Below are positions 45,772-55,410 of a stretch of 64,000 nucleotides of DNA, in pieces; the stretch's first letter is position 1; each line of letters starts with the position of its first letter. The stretch is taken from the NCBI GenBank assembly GCA_046563655.1, contig CM102288.1, positions 4,526,001 to 4,590,000 on the forward strand, written 5' to 3'. Source of the stretch: Yuukianura sp. NJ FZ-2021 (Eukaryota). The position numbers and the translations under genes were made by a program. Under the pieces are notes generated by a model. It was not told the origin of the DNA. It searched no databases and worked only from the letters and a program-made list of their open reading frames with translations.

Positions 45772-46074
45772 TTACTGCTCAGTGTTACCGTTATTGCTGC
45801 TGGTGGTAGTTGTTTGAATGCTGATGTGATTTCCTTCCAATATATGCGTTCCAGCTCCACTCATCATAGCAGCATTAAATCCTTCTCGAGTTGCAAACGT
45901 CACAAATCCATATCCTTTGCTTAGTCCACTGCTCTTGTCAAAGATAACAATAGCATTTTGTACAGGCCCGAATGATGAAGCAAACAAGCGAAGTTCGGGA
46001 GATCCAATTGTCCATGGCAAGTTGCCCATAAAGACTCGGTAGAGGCTCCGAGCAGCGTTGCCTGTAGCCGACAT
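45772..46074 (-). CDS. SLIRP: SLIRP-like single-RRM protein, 100 aa, intronless
   Basis: RVFMGNLPWTIGS.EL..F.S.FGPV..A.VIFDK.SGLSKGYGFVTF...HILEG. The LPWT RNP2 variant and the ~100-aa size are typical of SLIRP. Confidence 0.8.
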   Translation of the reverse strand: MSATGNAARSLYRVFMGNLPWTIGSPELRLFASSFGPVQNAIVIFDKSSGLSKGYGFVTFATREGFNAAMMSGAGTHILEGNHISIQTTTTSSNNGNTEQ

Positions 46075-46085
46075 GCTGCAGTTAC

Positions 46086-47450
46086 TTAGGCAGAGGAAGT
46101 CGAAGCGTTGGGAACTGAGGAACCTTTGAGAGAGATTTCCAGTAGTTGAATAGTATGACCTTGAAGAAGGCTGGGAAGGTCGAGGTCACAGGAATTGGCA
46201 AGGTCGTGATACAGAATGTGCTTGCACTCCAGTCCCCACTTCTTCAGCAAAGACACAATGGTCCAATCGCTACTTCGCTCTTGATATGTCGTCAGGAACT
46301 TCGCCTGGAATTGTAAAGTACCGTGTGTTCGTCTGCTAACTTTAAAAACTTTCCCGCCGCCCCTTTTTTCTCAATGAATTAAACGAGAAAAAAAGGGTCA
46401 CGGGGAAAGTTTTTAAAGTTAGCAGACGAACACACGGTAGAACTTAGCAAATTACTTCAATTTCTAACGGTAAGTCATAAAAAATATTAACTTTACCTTT
46501 GGATTCCTTTCAAGAAGGTATGACACCGTACACAACAAATCTTCAAAAACGCACGGGTCGTAGAAGCAGTCAGAACCGATAATTAGGTCAACTGGTCCCA
46601 AATTAATTACTTCGCTTAGAAAGAATCCCCACGTAATCCCGATAACATGAACACGGTTTGCAACCCCGTTGGCTTCTGCGCTGCTCCTAGCTTGTTCCAA
46701 ACAATGGGGCAGCTTAGACGAATCGGACAATGTCACTTGAGCTCCACACAGCGATGCTACAATTCCAGGCAATGCTGTTCCAGCGCCGAGTTCCAGTACC
46801 TGTAAATCAAAAATCAATTTATCATTCAATTAACATTCAATTAACGGAAAGGCAATTTCAAAATTCACAAAATAGTTTGAAACGTGGCATGTCAACAAAT
46901 GAAACCATTTATAGCAGGGTAGTTATCGTCATAATGTGCATAATGTGACACCTTACCTCACAATACCAACGCCAACCAATGTACTTACCGGTAAATTAAA
47001 TTAATTGATTGAAGCTAATTAACATGTGCTTTACCTTTTTATTGGCGAGAAGATGTCTATTTTCGAATAGGTACCAAGAGAGCACATGTGCTGATGGCCA
47101 TACATAAAGCCCATAGGCTGCTTCAAGTCTCTGCGCAAGTTAGGTATAACGGTAAGTTTTTAACATAAACACATGTTTTTTTTATACTGACAAACAATCA
47201 ATAAACAACATATTGAGGCCGTTAACTTTCGAAACAGGATTTGAGGACAGGTCACGGAGTGACGGACTAATCGACAGGAATGTAGTAGTGAAAGCAGCAA
47301 CGTAATTACCTCAGGGATGGTCACAGTCAACGATTCATCCTCCTTCCCACATTTAGATTTGGATCGGAACAGAAACCGTTTGATTGATGTCCGCTGCTGG
47401 GTTTCATTCGTTACTTCGGTAGTCGAGCTTTGTGCAATGGAACTGGCCAT
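46086..47450 (-). CDS. METTL23: Methyltransferase-like 23 (exons 47450-47310, 47130-47035, 46799-46497, 46304-46086)
   Basis: IPE, YGLYVWPSAHVLSWYL, VLELGAGTALPGI, GITWG, DLIIGSDCFYDP..FED, TTYQERSSDWTI..LLKKWGL.C, HTIQLLEI. Confidence 0.93.
46321..46437. mobile_element. 117-bp Tc1/mariner-type MITE with perfect 35-bp TIRs and TA TSD, in METTL23 intron 3
   Basis: 46321-46355 is the exact reverse complement of 46403-46437, with TA at 46319-46320 and 46438-46439. Confidence 0.9.
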
Positions 47451-47485
47451 TCCACCTCCCCTGACCCCTAAGGTATTATTCAATT

Positions 47486-47655
47486 GGTTGGAGAGTAGAT
47501 CCGCAGTCTGTTTTTCTTTTAGTGCGAGTTAGGTTATCAAATCAGGACACAGTGCACGGTGTTGAAGGTGAGGGGTGCCGTGCACTGTGTCCTGATTTGA
47601 TAACCTAACTAAAAGAACTAAAAAGAAAAACAGACTGCGGATCTACTCTCCAACC
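47486..47655. mobile_element. 170-bp foldback MITE with ~75-bp arms and perfect 8-bp TSD, in the METTL23/SIRT7 divergent promoter
   Basis: GGTTGGAGAGTAGATCCGCAGTCTG... / ...CAGACTGCGGATCTACTCTCCAACC plus inner arms ending CACAGTGCACGG / CCGTGCACTGTG. ATTCAATT is duplicated at 47478-47485 and 47656-47663. Confidence 0.9.
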
Positions 47656-47785
47656 ATTCAATTAATTAAGATTAATGTAACACCTTACGAAATAGATTTT
47701 CTGGAGTTCTTTTTCTGAATCTGCAGATGCAGGACAAAGGAAAGAAGTAATAGCCTGAAGGGGTAATCCCGGGAACTGTCTAAAG

Positions 47786-50355
47786 ATGGATTCTGGAAGA
47801 TCAGGACACGGTAAAGGATACTCTATCGGAGTCGGACATGGACAAGCTAAGACTCGAGAGCAAGGTCATGGAAAAACAGGAAGTCTTCATAAAGTAGAAA
47901 CCAATGATAAGTATGGCGGGTCATCATCGCAATTGCACTCCAAAGAAGTCAAGGTCAAGATTGATCCAGAAATAAACTCGCAACTGTTGTACCATTATCA
48001 ACAGTTGTTCCCTCACTTGTATCATGTCAATCTTCCTCCTTCAGTTCCGATTTCAGCTCCACAGGTTCCACAACCGTCTCTTCCCTTCATTCAATTTTCA
48101 AAAAACTGCCAAAACTTCAATCGTCTCTTCCATTCTTCTTTTGACGAAGACTCATCATCACCATCAACTACTAATCAGGAATTGGATCCTCCAGCTAGTA
48201 ACTGTGATACGAAAGAGCATGTCAAGGTTGAAGTAAAAGAAGAAATCCTCCTCGAAATTGAAATTGAAACGGAGGAGCCGCCTATTGATTACAGCATGAA
48301 CACTGCTGCTATTACTAATTTGCAGTTGAAAGTAAATGATTCGGTAAAATTCGTCGATTCGGACCTGGAGTCGCCCACTCTTGATTATAAACAGGAGGAA
48401 TCATTGGAAGCAAGTGACGATGACCACTCTCATCCTCCGAAAAAATCAAAACTGCGGGGAGAGTCGATTCCAAACGACATTGAATTCGGGGTCAAAGTTG
48501 AACGAACTGGTCAACGGAAATCAAATCGCCTTGTACAACAATCCACTTCGTGCAAGACTCAGGAAGCGCAAATTATGCGCCGTGTAAGTTTTTTAACGAT
48601 AAATCGATGACTTCTTTTTGGAAGGGTTAAAGTTTAATTGAGTCCATTTTTGTTATTTTTGTCTGTGCAGATCACGCTTATACTGAAGAAGGACATCGAA
48701 GCCATGACAGAGGAAGACAAAAGTTTGCTGGAGGCTTTCCCAACACTCGTGCGTATAGTTCGAAAACGATTTGAAGCTCGACTTCTGTCCACGGAACGGC
48801 TAAAGGAGTTCGAAGATTCACCAGAAGTATTGGAACTGAAGTGCAATCAATTAGCCGAAATAATTAGCAGTGCCAAGTATTTAGTAGTTTACTCCGGAGC
48901 TGGAATCAGCACTTCAGCAAATATTCCTGACTTTCGTGGAACTAGTGGCTTATGGACTCTGTTCAAGAGTGGACAGAGTCTGGACACTCAAAATGTTGAC
49001 ACACAAGTACTGACCTCAGCTGACCCAACGACGACACATATGGCGCTCAAGCAGTTGTACGCTGATGGTATCGTCAAGCATATCGTATCTCAAAACTGTG
49101 ACGGACTCCATCTACGATCCGGAATACCTAAGATGGGCCTTAGCGAAATTCATGGAAATATGGTAATTTTCTAAAATTGCAGAAAATTTTTAAAGTTCTC
49201 ATTTTAAGAATTGATTTTTCAGTATATTGAAGTCTGTGGAAAATGTGGCAGAGATTACGTTCGGATTTTCGATGTGGCTGAAAATACTAGACGGTAAAAA
49301 CAAATTTTAAATTCTATATTCAATTTCAATTTTCGAAATTTCAGTTTTTCAGTTTTATCAACAATTTTTTCTCATTTTTAGACACGAACACCGAACTGGA
49401 CGGCGGTGCTACAATTGTCACAATTCCCTTCGTGATACAATCGTTCATTTTGGAGAGCGTGGAAAATTACGTTGGCCAATTAATTGGGCCGGAGCGGAGT
49501 ACAATGCTCATCGGGCAGACGTCATTTTATGCATTGGGAGTAGCCTCAAAGTACTACGACGGTAAGTTACGATATATCTTCTCATATGACCTCGTCAAGT
49601 CAAGTCAACTCGACCTCTGACCTCTGTCTTTTACAGATACCCTTGGCTTTGGTGCATGGATAAGCCTGCCACAAAAAGGCCTAAGCTTGTCATTGTAAGT
49701 TTTTCAATTGACAAACTCAGAACCAATTACTTCTAATTCTAACTAATGCTGTTTACCAGGTAAATCTGATGTGGACTCCAAAGGATCAGTTTGCAGCTCT
49801 CAAAATTCACGGTAACTGACACAATATTCCAAATTTTAAGCAGTACTTAATAGGCGAGGAAATACTGTATTCGATTGTTCATCGAAAACTTTGATTTGTG
49901 TTATTACAGGAAGGTGCGACGATGTGATGACTCGCGTAATGGAAAAATTGAACATGACAATTCCAGGATACAGTAGACTGGCTGATCCACTCTTTCGAAT
50001 TGCCACTCCACTTCACCTAAGCGAAGCCAGGACGATAGCAAGTCGAGAACTGGCTTTTCCTGAAAACGAACCTTTTCCTTTGAAACTCGTGGACATGAAC
50101 AACTATGTCCAGTTTGAGCCAGTATTCCGCCTGCGCTCGAATGCCAACACGAGTGACGAAGAAGCACCGGACGGTGACATGGCAAGTCTTGGAAAGGACA
50201 AGTCTAGGACGAGGTCAAGCACTGCCAAAAAACTTCCCAAGAAAGTTTCAGCGAGAAAGGAAGAAAAGAACAGGGTGATCAAGAAACGCAATGGGAATGG
50301 CTGGCTTGGGAATTTGACCCCTGGAGTCAAAATGAGAAAACGAAAGGTCAAGTAA
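47786..50355 (+). CDS. SIRT7: NAD-dependent deacylase sirtuin-7 with long N-terminal extension, 7 coding exons
   Basis: [12 protein letters not shown]...[41 protein letters not shown], Zn ligands [37 protein letters not shown]. Exons ~47786-48583, 48671-49162, 49222-49292, 49382-49561, 49638-49694, 49760-49811, 49910-50355. Confidence 0.9.
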
Positions 50356-50378
50356 ACTTTTAGTAATAAGCTAAAGAA

Positions 50379-50485
50379 CTAATAATATTGTCAGCATGTC
50401 AGCGAACTCTGACAACATTGTCAGTTTTTCAGCAAGCACTGACAATATTGTCAGCATTTTAGCAATACGTGAATATTGGCCTCAG
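50379..50485. repeat. 30-bp-period tandem repeat of the palindrome CTGACAATATTGTCAG (~3.5 copies) in the SIRT7 3' region
   Basis: Units at 50379, 50409 and 50439 (perfect 16-bp palindrome) and a degenerate one at 50469. Confidence 0.8.
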
Positions 50486-50848
50486 GGCTACTATGATTTT
50501 AAACTTTTCAGTAGAATGCGTGTCTATCTAGTTTTTTTTTCGTTTTGTAAAGCAACTGCACTGAACCTTTATGCAATCAATCATGAATTAGACTCAATTA
50601 ATTATTATTATTATATTATCAATTAGAGTTACATTTAACCCGATTCAGTAATTAGTAAGCTGTGTACATTGTGTATTTATTAACCCGCTACCTCGACTTT
50701 TGTACATTGACCTTGCCTTTACCGCTCCCTCGAAGTTTTGACCGCTAAAGTTACTAAAGTATTGGCGTAAGATATCGGTGAAGGGAAATGCGACTGATTA
50801 AAGGTCAAAGGTTAAATACGTTTTAAATTTCAATGTTTAACTTCACTT

Positions 50849-51755
50849 TTATGGTTCCCACATTCGGGCAAATCGTTGGTTCAACTCTTCACTCTCCGTC
50901 AACGGTACTCCTTTCTTCTTCTTCTTGGAGCCACTCCTGCCCTCTCCAGTTGGTGGATCTTTGTCGTCTTCTCCTTCAGTTTCCATGTTTCTCTTCTTCT
51001 GGTGTTCTTGGTACCAACCGATGACCTTGACGAATTGGCGAATGAATCTCCACGGATTCCTTCGGAAGGCATTCTTATTCTCGTTGTCATCACGCATAAT
51101 CTGATCGATGTCAACGTACTTGTCGTTGGCCCGGATTACAAAGTGTTTAGCATACCTAAAGGTTCAGAACAGGAAGTTTAAGATACTGGGTTATGGCCAA
51201 GTTGACATGGGTCAGCTGTATTGATTCATGACTTACCAATCCACTCCAATGAGACTCCGTTGACCCAGCTTCTGCTCTAACTTCGTCTGTTGCAACCTCG
51301 CAATTGACACTATGGGACGACGAGGTTTGAGTTCTTCTTTAATTGGTCTTCGAAATACCCGGCCCAGACATACGTTCAAACAGAATCCAAGGAGTAGACC
51401 AATCCATGCTGGCAGGAGGATGATGAGGATCAGTTCCACGCCAAAAGGACGACCATTGTAGGCCAAGAACCAGCGCCCAGCGAAGTCATCGGTGAAGTTC
51501 GGCTTATTCCCTTTGAGTATGTCAACATGCTTTTTACGATTCAGGTCATCCCGGGCTAGTAGTCCAGCCCGTCTGGTTTGCTCTAGAAGTGACATACCAA
51601 TTACCTCCCGGATATAACTTAGCTAATATTTTAAAGGAGTTGTCACTTTTTCACTTACCATTTTCAGGATGTTGGATCCAGCAATATCCGTTCAAGATTT
51701 GCAACGATAAGGTCAAACCTAGTATAGCGAGCAGAAGGCGTATGTTCGGCTTCAT
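50849..51755 (-). CDS. Orphan type I membrane protein (exons 51755-51659, ~51582-51238, ~51156-50849)
   Basis: Signal peptide MKPNIRLLLAILGLTLSL, TM VELILIILLPAWIGLLLGFCLNVCL, Lys/Arg-rich tail; in-frame GT-AG joins. Confidence 0.65.
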
Positions 51756-52532
51756 GTTGTCAACAAACAATTGACAGCCATATAACTTGTCCAAGTCCAC
51801 CAATCGGTAGTCCAGTATCTTCTAAATTATTCCAAATTCAATTAAACTAATTAATTAAAGCAGCGACAAGAAGAAACGATGCTGAAAAGTTGAAGACAAA
51901 AGAGAACGGAGGCAGGCACAGGCATAGGCAGGCGACGGACGACGCGGAGGAGAAGCGGAACAAAGAAAAAAAAAAGAAGTAAATTTCAAACAACCGCGCG
52001 TGCTGGATCACATGACTGGGTTGTCTGCAACAACGAGGTCATTGACCTCAGTTGTCGAAGCATTTGACTTTTGCTTTTAGTATTCATTTTATTCAATTTT
52101 TAATCAAATCTAAGGTTTTATATGAATTAGAAAATTAACCTGAATCAAAAAATAGGCATAGTTAACAAATTTTGAAAATTTTGACAAGTCGTGCAGTACA
52201 TGATGGTTGTTTTTACTTTATTACTGGACTGGACATCAGACAAGAGTCCAGTTTAAATTGGTGTTCAGGGTTATGCTTACTTGTCTTAATTGGCTTGTCA
52301 AAATTTAGAAGTTTTCAATTGAGACAATTTGAACAAGGAGAATTATCCTACTTCTGGATCTTCTGGACAATACAAAAAAAAACAATACAAACTCAGCAGG
52401 CGTTTTTCCTTTACTCACCGCCGTTCGTCTAAATTTGACCTGAATTTTTAACTATTATTTCATTTTGAAACTTTGAAAAAAACTTGAAACAGATTACAGA
52501 TTGAAAATAAATTCACACGAAACTTTGAAATT

Positions 52533-54624
52533 ATGGATCAATTTAGCAGAGTTTTGCTAACCACGCTTCTACTCATCGGTGCAGGTAAATATAAAAAATC
52601 TGAATATTATTTTGAAGTGTTTGTTTACCCACAATTTTGAAAAGTTATTTTTTATTTTTAAGGCGTGGTGACCTTTGGGATGACCTCTGAAAGTGGAACG
52701 GACAAGGACATGCAGCGTCTTCTGACGGACTTGGTGGCTTACTCGAAGGAAGTTCGACCAATAAGAAACTCTTCGGAGACACTGACGGTGAGAAACGCTT
52801 GACCTTTGACCTTCATCACCACTCATGTCACATATGAATTGTCTTGTGTTTTTAAACAGATTGCCATAAGCCTGAAACTGCATAACATAATTGTAAGTGA
52901 TAGAAGCTACTTTTTTTCAAAACAAGAAATCGTGTTTCAAAAATTTATCAACACCATAGGATTTCCGAGACAGAGTTCTCACAGCCCGAATTACAGTAGA
53001 GCAGGTAGGAGAGGATCAAAATTTTAATTTTGAATGGTTTATTTAAAATTTTGAAAAATTTTCTTTGAAAACAAATTGTGTTATTTAGGTTTGGCACAAC
53101 TATTGGATGCGCTGGAAGCCGGAAGCTTATGGTGGAATAAAACATACTGTTCTCCCGGCTGACCAAATCTGGCGCCCAGACATTGCCATTTACAAGTGAG
53201 TTAAGTTAAAACTGATCAAATCCAAGGTCAAGGTCAAAGGTCAACTTCAACTTTATCTGTTTCTTCTTAGTTCTGCTGAGGACAACCACTACTTCCACGG
53301 TCCCACCATCAAAGTGTACTACACAGGCTACCAAGAATGGAAAAGCACACAGACCGTCCGTGTCTGGTGTCCAGAACTGTCCAAAGCAAACATCGCTGAA
53401 CAGCGGTGCGGATTTGAACTGGGGTCATGGACCTACAACGCTCCTCTTGTAAATTCACCAAAGGTCAACTTCAGGTCAATCAAACCACAGTAGCTAAACT
53501 TTGATTCTGTTTCAGTTGGACGTTCAGCACAAGTCCGGTCGTTTTGTCAACGCGTTGTCAGACGGTGGAATCTTCAATGGAACTGGCACAAAGTCATGGA
53601 AGGTCGTGCCGGGCATTGACCTGTCCGAGTTCAGGTCATCTCGCTACTGGAATGTCACGAAACCAGAAGCAATCAACACTTTTACCAACTACACGGAACC
53701 TGTTGTGGGTAAGTGGCATAAAATCTAATTAAAACTTAATTTTAATCACTTTTAAAATAGAGTAAGTTATTTAATTTGCTTTGATGCTGCAGATTTGAAG
53801 TTTCAGTTTACATTGACTCGGTTAAGCGGAGTTTACAAGTCGCCAGAAACGCTTGTCTGGATTCTCCTTACCTTCCTTCCACTGATGACCTTCTTGGTTC
53901 CAGCAGAATCCAGCCAGAAAGTGTCACTGGCCGGGGTCAACGTCCTCCTCGTCATTGTCACTTTGACAATGTCCAGTGACCGAAGAAGTGACAGTCATCT
54001 TGGCCAAATGCAAAAGTTTTACCTCTGGACAATGATTTTAGACGTCCTGGCTATCGTGGGAGCAGTGACAATCGTTTGGACACATTCCAGATCATCTCAA
54101 ATGTCCAAATTCCTTAAAGATGTTCTTACTCCTTTGGCCAAGATGACCTTTGTCACCAATCCAAATGTGACCTCCAGTTCGGAAGAAGCTAAAGCACAAG
54201 CATCCACTGCTGCAACTCGTAAGGCATTTCTTAAAAATTCAAATTCCTAAACCACAAACTTTGAATTTTTAATTAAAATAAGCAACTTCTCGAGTAAATT
54301 AAAAAATTATTTTAAATTACCTTGTTGCAGTTGATAATTCAAGTCCTGGATTGCAAGTGATCAGCAGACATTTAAAAGAGGAGGAAGCCGTTGAATCCGT
54401 AACATTTTTTCTTAAATATTATCCAAAAAATTGTACAGTTTAGTTAGGTGCGTGCCTTTTTTTGCGGTGTCTCAATTTTAATATACCTAATTAATAATTA
54501 ATTTAATTTAATTAATTTGCAGATGAAAGGTGACTGGCTCTGCCTCTCTTTAGTTCTCAATCGACTTTGTTTCGTCACACTGTTCATCTTCAGCCTCCTG
54601 CTTCTTATTCTCTACTTTTGTTAA
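52533..54624 (+). CDS. Divergent nicotinic acetylcholine receptor-like (Cys-loop) non-alpha subunit, 10 exons
   Basis: Signal peptide, YSKEVRP, RWKPEAYGGI, IWRPDIAIYN, Cys-loop-like CPELSKANIAEQRC, GSWTY, TM1-3 (FLVPAESSQKVSL) and TM4 W..LSLVLNRLCF. Confidence 0.88.
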
Positions 54625-54838
54625 TTTCAACAACTTGTTAATTTGTTGTAAAAGTAATGGTGTGAAATGGTTAGTAAAACTTAAATATTTAACAAACTAC
54701 GATTAGTTTAATGTAAAGCGGTTGAATAACTTGACTAAAATGTCGTATTCGTAACAGAATTCCTTAAAAGAACGCCAAAACCCAAAGACAAAGAAATTGC
54801 GGGAAGTAAGATTTGAATTTTTTCTAAATTCAATTTTT

Positions 54839-55075
54839 GGTTGACGTAAGATTTTACGATACACAGGGTAGCCACCCAACGGTGCAATCGTAGGCTACAC
54901 TGACTAACTAACTTTGACAAATTATGTTGCCGCTTTAGGTTAGGGTTTTGATGCTAGCAGAAGCCAATTTAGTTGCCACCATTAACATAGCCGCCAATTG
55001 TAGCCATAAAAGAGGGCAGCCAAAGCGGCTGACACTTGTGGATACAACTAACGGTACTAAAAGCTTACTCCAACC
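54839..55075. mobile_element. MITE, GGTTG-terminal family, near-perfect 8-bp TSD
   Basis: GGTTGACGTAAGATTTTA / TAAAAGCTTACTCCAACC, flanks CAATTTTT / CAAATTTT, internal GTAGCCAC/GTTGCCAC repeats. Confidence 0.7.
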
Positions 55076-55410
55076 CAAATTTTTTTTGCCAGTTGTTTTT
55101 GTTGTGCAAATTTTTTTTTGTAAGCAACCAACACCAAGTGCCAATAAATTCCAACTTTCCAATTCCACTTCCATCCAACTGACAACACTTTCGGACTTGA
55201 ACTTTAATCTGTCATTTTAATCATCATTTCATAATTTATTCTGTTATTTTTAATCTTGTCATCACATTATTTAACACCTTGCGTAACGGTTAATCCGGTA
55301 GAGCAGAAATGTACGTCTCTAAACCTATTGAACGATTCCTGTGGAAGAAAGGAAACAATTGTGCCAGTAACTTGTAAATGTGGATCTCTTGGTAAATAGG
55401 CGGCCATAGT

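Noticed and set aside
46075..46088. Stop-codon readthrough fusing METTL23 to SLIRP
   Set aside because: The spacer is 11 nt, so the two ORFs are in different frames.
50379..50485. CRISPR-like array
   Set aside because: Only about 3 units with 14-nt spacers that resemble each other, eukaryotic context and no cas genes.
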